Assembly: GCA_965223705.1 (NCBI GenBank)
Contig: OZ245015.1
Location: 1,184,001-1,248,000 of the forward strand
DNA: 64,000 nt
Source: Myxococcota bacterium
GTDB lineage: Bacteria > Myxococcota_A > UBA9160 > UBA6930
Direction of reading: 5' to 3'
In this document: one piece after another, positions 1 to 11,898 of the stretch
Position numbering within the stretch: the stretch's first letter is position 1
Layout: each line of letters begins with the position of its first letter
Notes under the pieces: generated by a model
Told to the model about the DNA's origin: nothing
What the model saw: only the letters and a program-made list of their open reading frames with translations
Database searches by the model: none
Made by a program: the position numbers and the translations under genes

Positions 1-2129
1 AACTCGATCCGGGCGGCTTGTACCAGTGGCGAACGCGCGGCGAGAATCACACGTTCAATCCCGACGTCGTTTCCAAGCTTCAGATCGCTGTGCAGCGCGG
101 GAGCTACGAGGACTACAAATCGTTCTCCGCTGCGGCCGACCGCGATTCCGAGAGCGCGTGCACGCTGCGCGGCTTGTTCCGCTTCCGCGAAGCCGAGTCG
201 CCGATCCCTCTCGAAGAAATCGAGCCCGCGAGCGAGATCGTCAAGCGATTCTGCACCGGCGCCATGTCCTACGGCTCGATCTCTATCGAGGCTCACCAAT
301 CGCTCGCGATCGCGATGAACCGGCTCGGGGGCAAGAGCAACACCGGAGAGGGCGGCGAAGACGAGAGCCGCTTCCAGGCCGACGAGAACGGAGACCTGCG
401 TCGAAGCGCGATCAAGCAGGTCGCATCGGGCCGCTTCGGTGTCACGAGTTGGTATCTCGTGAACTCGGACGAGATGCAGATCAAGGTGGCGCAGGGGGCG
501 AAGCCTGGAGAAGGCGGAGAGCTACCCGGTCACAAAGTGGACGAGACCATCGCGAAGACCCGCCACTCGACGCCGGGAGTCGGGCTGATCTCACCCCCGC
601 CGCATCACGACATCTATTCCATCGAAGATCTCGCCCAGCTGATCTACGACTTGAAGAACGCAAACCGGCGCGCGCGCGTCAGTGTCAAGCTCGTTTCGGT
701 GACCGGTGTCGGAACAATCGCCGCCGGTGTTTCGAAAGGGAAGGCCGACGGCGTCCTCATCAGCGGTATGGACGGCGGGACCGGAGCCTCGCCCCAAGCC
801 TCGATCAAGTACGCGGGTATGCCGTGGGAGATCGGGCTCGCCGAGACACAGCAAACGCTGGTGTTGAACGACTTGCGCGGGCGTATTCGCGTACAAACCG
901 ACGGCGGGCTCAAGACCGGGCGCGACGTGGCGATCGCCGCGCTCCTCGGCGCCGACGAATTCGGCTTCTCCACGGGGCCGCTCGTCGCGTTGGGCTGCAT
1001 TCTGATGCGCGTTTGTCACCTCAACACGTGTCCCGTCGGGATCGCGACGCAAGATCCGGAACTCCGCGCGCGTTTCGCGGGGAAGCCCGAGAGCGTCGTT
1101 CGCTACTTGCTTTGGATCGCCGAAGAGCTGCGCGAGTACATGGCGCTCCTCGGGTTCCGCACCGTCGACGAGATGGTCGGCCGTGTGGACCGCCTCGACG
1201 TCGCGGAAGCGGGCGCGCACTGGAAACGGCAAGGGCTCGACTTCTCGGGTCTGTTCCATCGGCCCGACGTGCCCCATGCCATTCGAAACACCGAGGGCCA
1301 AACCCTCGCCGAAGAGCTCGAAGAAGTGTTCGATGCGAAGCTCCTCGAGCTCGCGGAGCCCGCGCTCGCGCGGCGCGAGCGTGTCGAGATCGATCTGCCG
1401 ATTCGCAACGTCAACCGGACCGTAGGTACGATCCTCGGTTCCGAAATTTCCCGCGCGTACGGCCCCGAAGGTCTTCCCGAGGATACGATTCAGCTTCGTC
1501 TTCGCGGAAGCGCCGGACAAAGTCTCGCCGCTTTCTGCACGCGCGGAATGACCTTCACGATCGAGGGCGACACGAACGACTACTGTGGCAAAGGTCTGTG
1601 CGGTGCCAAGATCGTCGTCCGCGTCCCCGAGGAAGCGACCTTCGATCCGTCTCGCAACGTGATTACCGGAAACGTGGTGCTCTACGGAGCGACGAGCGGT
1701 GAGGCGTACTTTCAGGGGCTCGCCGGCGAGCGCTTCTGCGTTCGCAACAGTGGCGCCCAGGCCGTTGTCGAAGGGGTCGGCGATCACGGTTGCGAATACA
1801 TGACCGGCGGATTGGTGGTCGTCCTGGGCCGCACCGGGCGCAACTTCGCCGCCGGTATGAGCGGCGGCATCGCTTACGTGCTCGACGAAGACGGCGGTTT
1901 CCCGGATCGCGTCAATCCCGAGACGGTCGATCTCGATCCCATGGGAGAGTCGGATCTCGAAACCCTGCAACGGCTGGTTCGGCGACACTTCCAGTACACG
2001 CGAAGCCGCAAAGCCGACGAAGTCCTGCGGAAGTGGGACAGCTTGGCACCGAAGTTCGTGAAGGTCTTTCCGAAAGACTACAAGCGCGCCTTGGGCGACC
2101 GCATTCAAGCCGAGAGCGGAAATGGCTGA
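1..2129 (+). CDS. gltB: glutamate synthase large subunit (5' part lies outside the window)
   Basis: FMN-binding domain motifs ([28 protein letters not shown]), 3Fe-4S motif [16 protein letters not shown]-terminal GXGXG domain; stop TGA 2127-2129. Confidence 0.97.
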   Translation, partial: LDPGGLYQWRTRGENHTFNPDVVSKLQIAVQRGSYEDYKSFSAAADRDSESACTLRGLFRFREAESPIPLEEIEPASEIVKRFCTGAMSYGSISIEAHQSLAIAMNRLGGKSNTGEGGEDESRFQADENGDLRRSAIKQVASGRFGVTSWYLVNSDEMQIKVAQGAKPGEGGELPGHKVDETIAKTRHSTPGVGLISPPPHHDIYSIEDLAQLIYDLKNANRRARVSVKLVSVTGVGTIAAGVSKGKADGVLISGMDGGTGASPQASIKYAGMPWEIGLAETQQTLVLNDLRGRIRVQTDGGLKTGRDVAIAALLGADEFGFSTGPLVALGCILMRVCHLNTCPVGIATQDPELRARFAGKPESVVRYLLWIAEELREYMALLGFRTVDEMVGRVDRLDVAEAGAHWKRQGLDFSGLFHRPDVPHAIRNTEGQTLAEELEEVFDAKLLELAEPALARRERVEIDLPIRNVNRTVGTILGSEISRAYGPEGLPEDTIQLRLRGSAGQSLAAFCTRGMTFTIEGDTNDYCGKGLCGAKIVVRVPEEATFDPSRNVITGNVVLYGATSGEAYFQGLAGERFCVRNSGAQAVVEGVGDHGCEYMTGGLVVVLGRTGRNFAAGMSGGIAYVLDEDGGFPDRVNPETVDLDPMGESDLETLQRLVRRHFQYTRSRKADEVLRKWDSLAPKFVKVFPKDYKRALGDRIQAESGNG

Positions 2130-2166
2130 TCCGCGAGGTTGTCTCCACAATGGCTGATCCGCGAGG
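2121..2166 (+). repeat. 18-bp direct repeat AATGGCTGATCCGCGAGG (2121-2138 and 2149-2166) duplicating the gltB stop/gltD start junction
   Basis: Exact repeat read directly; 10-bp spacer TTGTCTCCAC. Confidence 0.9.
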
Positions 2167-3619
2167 CTTCCTCAAATACGGCAGAGAGGGCGTCGCGTAC
2201 CGAGACGCAGACGAGCGCGTCAAGGACTATTCGCACGTTCAAGAGAACTTCCCGGCGGAGAAGACCAAGCAGCAGGCGGCGCGTTGTATGGATTGCGGGA
2301 TTCCGTTCTGCAACAACGGCTGCCCGCTCGGGAATATCATCCCCGACTTCAACGATTTGGTTTTCCGGGACAAGTGGGAAGACGCGCTCGTCCGGTTGCA
2401 CTCGACCAACAATTTTCCCGAGTTCACGGGAATGGTGTGTCCGGCTCCCTGTGAGCAAGCGTGCGTGCTGGGAATCAATCAAGACCCGGTCGCTATCAAG
2501 CAGGTCGAGTGGGAGATCGTTCGCAAAGGTTGGGAAGAGGGCTGGATCACACCGGTGCGCCCGGAACGTCGAAGCGGTCGCGCGGTGGCCGTCGTCGGTT
2601 CGGGTCCCGCCGGGCTGTCCGCTGCGCAACAATTGAACCGCGCGGGCCACACCGTCACGGTGTTCGAAAAAAACGATCGTCTCGGCGGTCTGCTGCGCTA
2701 CGGAATTCCGGACTTCAAGCTCGAGAAGTGGGTGATCGATCGTCGGCTCGAGCAGATGCGAGAGGAGGGCGTGTCGTTCCAGACCGGCGTCAACGTCGGT
2801 AGCGATCTCGCCGTTTCGGAGTTGCGCCGAAGTTTCGACGCCGTGCTCCTCGCCATGGGGAGCGAGGTTCCGCGCGATCTCGAGGTGCCGGGTCGCGAGC
2901 TCGACGGCGTTCATTTCGCGATGGAGTTCCTGCCGCAACAGAACCGCCGCGTCGCCGGTGACGTCGTCCCGGACGACGGGGCGATTCGCGCGGACGGGAA
3001 GCACGTGGTGATCTTGGGCGGCGGAGACACCGGCTCCGACTGCATCGGCACGTCTCATCGTCATGGGGCGGCCAGCGTCACGTCGATCGAGTTGCTTCCC
3101 GAACCGCCCGTGGGCCGACACCCGTCGGAGCCGTGGCCGCTTCCCAAGAAGATGTATTTCAACGTATCGAGTTCGCACGCGGAGGGCGGCGAGCGCTCCT
3201 ACGCCATGTTGACGAAAGGGCTGCGGGGCGAGAGCGGGCGCGTCCGTGAGCTTCTGGGCGTCGAAGTCGCTTTTGATCGCGATGAGCTCGACCGGCCGCG
3301 TATGGAGACGATGCGCGAAGTTCCGGGGAGCGAGTTCTCACTTTCCGCCGACCTCGTCCTCTTGGCCATGGGCTTCGTCCATCCGGTACACGACGGATTG
3401 GTCGAAGAGCTCGGTGTCGAGCTCGATCCCCGCGGCAATGTGCAAGCCGACACGAAGCGCTTCACGACCAGCGAGCCCGGTGTATTCGCGGCGGGCGATT
3501 GCCGTCGAGGTCAATCACTCGTCGTCTGGGCGCAGTGGGAAGGACGCGAAGCGGCACGTGCGATCGATCTTTATTTGACCGGCGACTCGCGTTTGCAAAC
3601 GCGTTACGCGCACGTTTAG
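2150..3619 (+). CDS. gltD: glutamate synthase small subunit
   Basis: [10 protein letters not shown] start, [15 protein letters not shown]e-S motif, GSGPAG and GGGDTG nucleotide-binding motifs, GQSLVVWA; follows gltB. Confidence 0.96.
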   Translation: MADPRGFLKYGREGVAYRDADERVKDYSHVQENFPAEKTKQQAARCMDCGIPFCNNGCPLGNIIPDFNDLVFRDKWEDALVRLHSTNNFPEFTGMVCPAPCEQACVLGINQDPVAIKQVEWEIVRKGWEEGWITPVRPERRSGRAVAVVGSGPAGLSAAQQLNRAGHTVTVFEKNDRLGGLLRYGIPDFKLEKWVIDRRLEQMREEGVSFQTGVNVGSDLAVSELRRSFDAVLLAMGSEVPRDLEVPGRELDGVHFAMEFLPQQNRRVAGDVVPDDGAIRADGKHVVILGGGDTGSDCIGTSHRHGAASVTSIELLPEPPVGRHPSEPWPLPKKMYFNVSSSHAEGGERSYAMLTKGLRGESGRVRELLGVEVAFDRDELDRPRMETMREVPGSEFSLSADLVLLAMGFVHPVHDGLVEELGVELDPRGNVQADTKRFTTSEPGVFAAGDCRRGQSLVVWAQWEGREAARAIDLYLTGDSRLQTRYAHV

Positions 3620-3674
3620 TCGCACAGCCTCGGTTACGCACACGCTAAACTTCGATAAACCGCCGCTTCGATGG

Positions 3675-3704
3675 TTGACGCGCTGACGTAGCCCTCGGTA
3701 CGAT
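3675..3704 (+). promoter_or_regulatory. putative sigma70 promoter for the zapB-zapA-ygfA-tyrS operon
   Basis: TTGACG-N18-TACGAT upstream of ATG 3731. Confidence 0.45.
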
Positions 3705-3730
3705 TCGCGAGTCGCAGCCGGGGGGAACTC

Positions 3731-4084
3731 ATGACCGATCGCATCGATCCCGCGGGCACCCGCCACAACGAACATTCGGAGCCGGAACGATCCCAACGGG
3801 AAGGCGACTTGGCCCGGCTCGAACGGGGTGTTCGGAAACTGGTCGAGCAGCTCGAAGCCGCTCAGTCTCGCAACCAGCAACTCGAGCGCGATCTGAAAGC
3901 CCGTGAAAGTCGCCTACACGAACTCGAGGCGGAGATCCTTTCGGCAAACCAACGTCGCCAAGACGTGGTGAAGCGCATCGACGATCTCGTCGCGTGGATC
4001 GATCGCGCGACGAGCAGTGACGGAACAGCGTTTGATCTCGAGTCCGAGCCGGCCCAAGCCCAGGCTGGCAGCGGCAACGCTTAG
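3731..4084 (+). CDS. coiled-coil cell division protein, ZapB-like
   Basis: Short heptad-rich ORF directly upstream of zapA; GGGGGA RBS. Confidence 0.6.
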   Translation: MTDRIDPAGTRHNEHSEPERSQREGDLARLERGVRKLVEQLEAAQSRNQQLERDLKARESRLHELEAEILSANQRRQDVVKRIDDLVAWIDRATSSDGTAFDLESEPAQAQAGSGNA

Positions 4085-4105
4085 TTTCGCCGGGCGGTCC
4101 AAGTC

Positions 4106-4408
4106 GTGACGAAGCAAACGATTCCGGTCGAGATTCAAGGTCAGCAGTACCGCATCCGGAGCGGCGGCGACCCGGAGTCGGTGCAAAAAGCCGCGAAAAT
4201 CGTCGACGAGACGATGGGAAAGCTTCGGCAGCGGGCGTCGACGGTCGATTCGCTCGACATCGCCGTCTTGGCCGCGCTGAATCTGGCGAACCAGTTGATC
4301 GCCCTCCAGAACGAGAGCGAGGCAGCTTCGAGCGAGTCTTCGCAGATTCAGGCGCTGATCAGTCTCGTGGAAGCGGCTCTCCCCGAGGGCTCGCTGTCTC
4401 CGCACTGA
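4106..4408 (+). CDS. zapA: cell division protein ZapA
   Basis: VEIQGQQYRI, AAKIVDETM and IAVLAALNLA ZapA motifs. Confidence 0.92.
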   Translation: MTKQTIPVEIQGQQYRIRSGGDPESVQKAAKIVDETMGKLRQRASTVDSLDIAVLAALNLANQLIALQNESEAASSESSQIQALISLVEAALPEGSLSPH

Positions 4409-4449
4409 ACGAGGCCATTTCGTCCGAAAAGCGCTCGCTGCGCGCAACA

Positions 4450-4992
4450 ATGAGGCGCGGGCTCCGCGACATACCCGAAGCGGTGCGCGCCCGAGCAGGA
4501 GCCGCCGCGGCCGAGGCCCTGGGGGATCTGCCTGCGTTCAGCCGCTGTGCCCGGGTCGCCGCGTACGCGACCCTTCCCGATGAGTTTCCCTCGGAATCGA
4601 TTGTCGAACTCGCGCGCGCGCGGTCGAAGCCAATCCTCTGGCCTCGCATTGCCGGCTCGCAACTGCAATTTGTCGAGGCACCCCCCAAGGCGCTTCGACC
4701 CGGAGCGTTCGGCATCCTCGAACCACCGGTAGGGCTTCCGGAAACGCTTCGCGAAGACGACCTCGTGCTGGTCTCGGGTTTGGCCTTTGACGACGAGGGC
4801 TTTCGTTTGGGACGAGGGCGCGGGTTCTATGACCGGGCGCTCGCGACCGGAACCGCTCGAAAAGCGTTTCGGCTCGGAGTCGGCTACGCATTCCAATGGG
4901 TTCCACGCATACCTCGGGACGAATGGGACCTCGCCGTTCACGCCGGGGTCACGGAAGAGGGGCTCCGAGACGTGAGGAGGCAGAGAACTTGA
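4450..4992 (+). CDS. ygfA: 5-formyltetrahydrofolate cyclo-ligase (true start may be the in-frame CTG at 4405)
   Basis: FGILEP, GLAFDDEGFRLGRGRGFYDR motifs; conserved position after zapA. Confidence 0.9.
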   Translation: MRRGLRDIPEAVRARAGAAAAEALGDLPAFSRCARVAAYATLPDEFPSESIVELARARSKPILWPRIAGSQLQFVEAPPKALRPGAFGILEPPVGLPETLREDDLVLVSGLAFDDEGFRLGRGRGFYDRALATGTARKAFRLGVGYAFQWVPRIPRDEWDLAVHAGVTEEGLRDVRRQRT

Positions 4993-6275
4993 GCGACGGT
5001 TTCCTGGAGGAACTCCGCTGGCGAGGTCTGCTCTACCAACAGACCGCCGAAGAAGAGTTGACCGCGCACCTCGCCGAGCAGCGTCGAACGGGCTACTGCG
5101 GCTTCGATCCCACCGCCGACAGCCTGACGATCGGCAACCTCATCGCGATCAAGCTGTTGATGCATTGGCAGCAGCACGGGCATCGGCCCGTCGTCGTGAT
5201 GGGCGGTGGGACCGGTCTCATCGGCGATCCGTCGGGGAAAGATGCCGAGAGGCCGCTTATCACCGACGAGCTCGTCGAAGCCAATATCGCCGGCCAACGT
5301 CGCATCTTCGAGAAGCTGCTCGACTTCGACCCTCAGCGAGAAAACCCCGCGGAGATCGTGAACAACGCCGAGTGGCTGCGGAAGCTCGGTTACATCGAGA
5401 TGCTTCGCGACGTCGGAAAGCACTTCTCTGTCAACGCCATGATCGCCCGCGATTCCGTACGGAAACGTCTGGAAGATCGCGCGCACGGAATCAGCTACAC
5501 GGAGTTCAGCTACATGCTGCTCCAGGCGTACGACTTTCTCGAGCTCAAGCGGAGCCGAGACTGTACGGTCCAGGTCGCGGGCTCCGATCAGTTCGGAAAC
5601 ATCGTCGCGGGCATCGATCTCATCCGCCGCGAATCCGGTGAATCGACCTACGGTGTGACGGCGCCGCTCGTGACTCACGCGGATGGGCGCAAGATCGGAA
5701 AGAGCGAGGCCGGCGCGGTTTGGCTCACCGCGGATCGCACCAGCCCCTACGCGTTCTATCAGTATTGGGTCAACGTGCCGGATGCGGACGTCGGCTCGTT
5801 CCTCCGATGGTTCACGCTCCTGCCCCAGGAGAGGATTCTCGAGCTCGAGGCCGAGCGGGAGCGAGCCCCGGAGAAGCGTCCCGCGCAGCATGCCCTGGCC
5901 GAGCACATGACGGATCTCTTGCACGGCGAGGACGAGCGGCGCGCGGTAGCCCAAGCCACGGAAGCGCTGTTCGGCGGCGGTGATCCTCGAGGCGTCCCGG
6001 AAAGGATCCTGCAGCAGGTTGTGGGGGAGCTTCCCAACAGCGAGCACCCTGTTTCGTCGCTTGGGGCCTGCCCCTTGGCAGAGCTTCTCCCCGAGACGAC
6101 GCTGGCGAACTCGAAAAGAGAAGCCCGGGAGTTCCTCAAGAATGGGGCGATCTGGCTCAACGGCGAGCGAGTTCCGGCGGATCGCGCGCTGACGTCCGAG
6201 GACCTTCTCCCCGGCGGGATCGCGCTGCTGCGCCGGGGAAAGAAGAACTGGCACGCGACGCGCTGGGTCCGCTAG
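4989..6275 (+). CDS. tyrS: tyrosine--tRNA ligase
   Basis: YCGFDPTADSL, GSDQFGNI, KIGKSE (KMSKS-like), C-terminal S4 domain; TTG start overlaps the ygfA stop. Confidence 0.96.
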   Translation: MSDGFLEELRWRGLLYQQTAEEELTAHLAEQRRTGYCGFDPTADSLTIGNLIAIKLLMHWQQHGHRPVVVMGGGTGLIGDPSGKDAERPLITDELVEANIAGQRRIFEKLLDFDPQRENPAEIVNNAEWLRKLGYIEMLRDVGKHFSVNAMIARDSVRKRLEDRAHGISYTEFSYMLLQAYDFLELKRSRDCTVQVAGSDQFGNIVAGIDLIRRESGESTYGVTAPLVTHADGRKIGKSEAGAVWLTADRTSPYAFYQYWVNVPDADVGSFLRWFTLLPQERILELEAERERAPEKRPAQHALAEHMTDLLHGEDERRAVAQATEALFGGGDPRGVPERILQQVVGELPNSEHPVSSLGACPLAELLPETTLANSKREAREFLKNGAIWLNGERVPADRALTSEDLLPGGIALLRRGKKNWHATRWVR

Positions 6276-6326
6276 CCGCGAGATGCGATCGTCGCGGTAA
6301 CCCTGGTCACCAGCGCGTTTTTCGGG

Positions 6327-6355
6327 TTGACGGCACCTTGCCCGAATCGTACCTT
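6327..6355 (+). promoter_or_regulatory. rrn promoter (sigma70-like)
   Basis: TTGACG-N17-TACCTT about 310 bp upstream of the 16S gene. Confidence 0.65.
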
Positions 6356-6489
6356 CCGCTTCCTGCCTCGGCGGGTGTAGACTCGCTGAACCATCTGCGA
6401 ATGCTGTTTACGCCCACGCTGTGCTCGATTCGCGCAGCGAAGAGGCAGCTCGCCCGAAGGGCCCGATACAGGCCCAGACGGCTACGGAC

Positions 6490-6516
6490 GGTCTTTGAAA
6501 ACCGAATAGCGTGTGG
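6490..6516 (+). promoter_or_regulatory. boxA-like antiterminator and 5' arm of the 16S processing stem
   Basis: GGTCTTTGAAAAC; CGAATAGCGTGTGG (6503-6516) is the exact reverse complement of 8379-8392. Confidence 0.75.
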
Positions 6517-6663
6517 TCCGATGAGAGTGACCTGACTCTCATCTGGACGGTGACGGGTCCTTATATATACGCCGCACCCTCGGAACGTCAGGCGTTCCTT
6601 GGGTGCAACTTAGGACTACGAGGGATCGCTCTCTCACGAGCGAGACCTCGAGCCAAATTCAAA

Positions 6664-8221
<1,558 letters not shown>

Positions 8222-8408
8222 GGGAGCATGGGTGAACGCCTCGTGTGTTCACTCGAGCAACCAGGTCAAAGTCGATCCTGCCTTGTGTGCAAACACACGG
8301 TCGCATGAAGTCTGAATCCCGGGTTCTCCCGGTAACTCGTTCAATCGGGGGACTTCGAGATCGATTCCCGCACCGTCGCCACACGCTATTCGTTTTTTGG
8401 AGACAGTC

Positions 8409-8495
8409 CTTGCGGTGCCCGCCGCGGCAAAGCCGCGCCGGCCGCACTACGCAACGCTCCGCGTTGCTGCGCGCGACGCTCCCGCGTCGCTTGCA
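8409..8495 (-). repeat. ~85-bp GC-rich REP-like element, inverted relative to 9059-9142
   Basis: Reverse complement reads TGCAAGCGACGCG...GCGCGCAGC...CGCGGCTTTGCCGCGGCGGG..GCAAG, matching 9059-9142. Confidence 0.6.
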
Positions 8496-8527
8496 AGGAG
8501 TGTCATCGTGAGTTGGATGCTCGATGG

Positions 8528-8604
8528 GGGCCTGTAGCTCAGTTGGTTAGAGCGTCCGCCTGATAAGCGGGAGGTCGATAGTTCAAATCTATCCAGGCCC
8601 ACCA
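8528..8604 (+). tRNA. tRNA-Ile(GAT)
   Basis: GGGCCTGTAGCTCAG...CT-GAT-AA...GTTCAAAT...CAGGCCCACCA cloverleaf in the ITS. Confidence 0.97.
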
Positions 8605-8744
8605 CCATCAGGCGTACCCGCCGTAGCAAGGCAACCTCCAATGCAAGCGGAGTGAGTGCGAAGCACGAACGAAGCGCGCAGTGAGCCGCAGGCGAACGGA
8701 GCGGGGTGGCGACGGCTCTGCCGGCGCCGGGACCACAAGATCCA

Positions 8745-8820
8745 GGGGCTGTAGCTCAGCTGGGAGAGCGCGGGCTTTGCAAGCCTGAGGTCGTCGGTTC
8801 GATCCCGTCCAGCTCCACCA
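8745..8820 (+). tRNA. tRNA-Ala(TGC)
   Basis: GGGGCTGTAGCTCAG...TT-TGC-AA...GGTTCGATCCC...CAGCTCCACCA. Confidence 0.97.
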
Positions 8821-8890
8821 ATTTTTCGCATCTCCGGATGCGTTGCGGATTCTTCGAGAATCCCTCGCCCGACACAGGCGAGCACGATGC

Positions 8891-8921
8891 GGTCTTTGAC
8901 AATCGAATAGCTTTCTGGGTC
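8891..8921 (+). promoter_or_regulatory. ITS boxA-like element and 5' arm of the 23S processing stem
   Basis: GGTCTTTGACAATCGAATAGC resembles the leader copy; AATAGCTTTCTGGGTC (8906-8921) pairs exactly with 13183-13198. Confidence 0.75.
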
Positions 8922-9058
8922 CACGTTTATTTTCGTGGATCGCGCTTTGGCAGAATACACAGCCTAGGGCTGTGTGCTCTGCAGCAGAATGCACAGCCTC
9001 GCGTTGTGCGCTCTGCAAAATGATTAGAGAAAACACAGAGCTTATTGGGCTACGTCCA

Positions 9059-9142
9059 TGCAAGCGACGCGAAAGCGGAGCGCGCAGCGAGGCGTAGCCG
9101 AGCGTAGGCATCGCCGCGGCTTCGCCGCGGCGGGACTGCAAG
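9059..9142 (+). repeat. ~85-bp GC-rich REP-like element
   Basis: TGCAAGCGACGCGAAAGCGGAGCGCGCAGCGAGGCGTAGCCGAGCG...CCGCGGC-TTC-GCCGCGG hairpin; a more diverged copy at ~8642-8732. Confidence 0.6.
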
Positions 9143-9195
9143 AATTAGGCTCTGGTCAAGCAAGTAAGAGCAGACGGTGGATGCCTTGGCACTAG

Positions 9196-9230
<35 letters not shown>

Positions 9231-9593
9231 TCGGGGAGCTGCTAAGCAAGCTTTGATCCGGAGATTTCCGAATGGGGAAACCCGGCTGGGGTCATGCCCA
9301 GTCATCCTGTACTGAATACATAGGTGCAGGAGGCGAACCAGGGGAACTGAAACATCTAAGTACCCTGAGGAAAAGAAATCAATTGAGACTCCCCTAGTAG
9401 CGGCGAGCGAACGGGGAACAGCCCAAACCGGCGGGAAGTGATTCCTTCCGGGGTTGTGGGACTCCAACGTGGGACTCTGAGGGATAGTGGAACGGTCTGG
9501 AAAGTCCGGCCATAGAGGGTGACAGCCCCGTATGCGAAATCCCAAAGAGCTCTAGGAGTATCCCGAGTACCACGGGGCACGGGAAACCCCGTG

Positions 9594-9624
<31 letters not shown>

Positions 9625-10055
9625 GTACTACCTAGTGACCGATAGTGAACCAGTACCGTGAGGGAAAGGCGAAAAGAACCCCGGTGAGGGGAGTGAAATA
9701 GATCCTGAAACCGTTTGCTTACATCCAGTGGGAGCACTATGGGGCTTGCCCCAAGTGTGACTGCGTACCTTTTGTTTAATGGGTCCGCGAGTTACTCCTC
9801 AGTAGCAAGGTTAAGCCGTTAGGTGTAGCCGTAGCGAAAGCGAGTCTGAATAGGGCGTTTAGTTGCTGGGGGTAGACCCGAAACCGAGTGATCTAGCCAT
9901 GGCCAGGTTGAAGCTCAGGTAAAACTGAGTGGAGGACCGAACCGTAGAAGGTTGAAAACTTCCCGGATGAGCTGTGGCTAGGGGTGAAAGGCCAATCAAA
10001 CTCGGAGATAGCTGGTTCTCCCCGAAATATATTGAGGTATAGCCTCATGTATCAC

Positions 10056-10102
<47 letters not shown>

Positions 10103-10176
10103 GAACCCAATCAAACTCCGAATACCGGCAAGTGCCAGCATGGGAGTCAGACTACGGGCGATAAGGTTCGTGGTCG

Positions 10177-10211
<35 letters not shown>

Positions 10212-10977
10212 CAAATCTACGCTAAGTGGGAAAGGAAGTGGGATTGCTGATACAACCAGGATGTTGGCTTAGAAGCAGCCACCATTTAAAAAGTGCGTAA
10301 TAGCTTACTGGTCTAGTGAACCCGCGCCGAAAATGTAACGGGGCTAAAGCGTAGTACCGAAGCTGCGGAGCCATACTTTGTATGGTTGGTAGGGGAGCGT
10401 TCTAGTAACTGTGAAGCTCGACGGTAACGACGGGTGGAGATGCTGGAAGTGCTTATGCGGACACGAGTAGCGATAAAGCAGGTGAGAAACCTGCTCGCCG
10501 TAAACCTAAGGGTTCCTGAGTAAAGCTAATCTTCTCAGGGTTAGTCGGCCCCTAAGCCGAGGGCGAAAGCCGTAGGTGATGGGAAACGGGTTAATATTCC
10601 CGTACCAGTAGATAAGTGTTTGACCGATGGGGGAACGGAGAAGGGTAGCCTGGCCGGGTGTTGGACATCCCGGTTTAAACCTGTAGGCAGGAGCTGTAGG
10701 AAAATCCGCAGCCCCGCTAATGCCGAGAGGTGATACCGAGGCCTTCGGGCCATAAAGCAGGTGATCCCACGCTTCCTAGAAAAGCCTCTAAGGGAGCTTG
10801 TCTGCTGACCGTACCGTAAACCGACACAGGTAGGTGGGCAGAGCATGCCAAGGCGCTTGAGAGAACCCTGGTTAAGGAACTCGGCAAATTGACACCGTAA
10901 CTTCGGGAGAAGGTGTGCCTCGGTTGGTGAAGGGACTTGCTCCCCGAGCTGGCTGAGGTTGCAGAGAGCAGGGGGTA

Positions 10978-11014
<37 letters not shown>

Positions 11015-11098
11015 AATAGAGGACGTATAGGGTCTGACGCCTGCCCGGTGCCGGAAGGTTAAGGGGACCTGTTAGCTCTTCGGAGCGAAGCGGTGAAC

Positions 11099-11129
<31 letters not shown>

Positions 11130-11884
11130 GAACCGTTGTAGTTACGTAAATAAATTCGGCCATATGCTGGGATACCCAGTCGAAGCGCGGGTACTCGCCA
11201 CTAGGAGCCAAGGCTCCGAAGAAGGTGGCAGTGAAAACCCCACGCGGATGGGCAATCAGCAGGAAAGGCTCGAGCCAATGCTCAAAGTTCGCCAGATAGA
11301 GCCCAAGATAGGGTGGTATCTCGCGGGTTTCACTGACGGCGAAGGAAGCTTCAACGTTTCCTTTCGTGCACGTCACGACTACAAGAACCCGTGGAAGATC
11401 TCACTCTGCTTCAACATCTCTCAAAAGGACCCTGTCATCCTCTCGCTGTTCAAGCGGCATCTCCACTGCGGAACGATGCGGCAGCGGAAGGACGGCATCT
11501 GGTACTTCGAAGTCAACAACTTCGAGGCCATCAAAGAGAATGTCATTCCTTTCTTCAATCGCTTTGGATTTCTTTCAGCGAAGAAGAAACGCGACTTCAG
11601 CAAGTTCAAACAACTCGCGAAGATCGTGGAAGAGGGGCGACACCTCGAAAAAGAAGGGGTTCGAGAGATACTGAAAATTCGAGAGGACATGAACGACGGC
11701 GGCAAGCGGCGGTATTCGGATGAGGACATCCTCAGCCGAATCGAGAATCCCCAGAGACCATACGCCGAACCAGCCAACAACGAAGTTGAAGCGCTGGATG
11801 ATATGGTCCGATCTCCGCGGGAACGCGGAGAGTCAGACGGAAACGATCTGACCACTCACCAACAAGGTGAGTCGTAACAACTCG
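11130..11884 (+). mobile_element. group I intron at 23S site equivalent to L1917 (755 nt), carrying a homing endonuclease
   Basis: 5' exon ends in U, intron ends in G; guide sequence ACCGTTGTAGTT pairs with 5' exon AACTAT (U.G) and 3' exon AACGGT; core elements ATGCTGGGA, AATCAGCAGG, CAGAGACCATACGCC, GATATGGTCCG; P3 TTCGGC/GCCGAA. Confidence 0.95.
11278..11877 (+). CDS. single-motif LAGLIDADG homing endonuclease (intron-encoded)
   Basis: YLAGFTDGEGSF, FNISQKD, VIPFF, K..DF..F motifs; AGGAAAGG RBS before ATG 11278 (alternative ATG 11248); lower GC than the host genes. Confidence 0.92.
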   Translation: MLKVRQIEPKIGWYLAGFTDGEGSFNVSFRARHDYKNPWKISLCFNISQKDPVILSLFKRHLHCGTMRQRKDGIWYFEVNNFEAIKENVIPFFNRFGFLSAKKKRDFSKFKQLAKIVEEGRHLEKEGVREILKIREDMNDGGKRRYSDEDILSRIENPQRPYAEPANNEVEALDDMVRSPRERGESDGNDLTTHQQGES

Positions 11885-11898
11885 AACGGTCCTAAGGT

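Noticed and set aside
26..3178. Long alternative-frame and antisense ORFs over gltBD (similar ones at 24707-26497, 30652-33135, 59994-63320)
   Set aside because: Shadow ORFs expected from high-GC codon bias; no motifs, and they overlap confident genes
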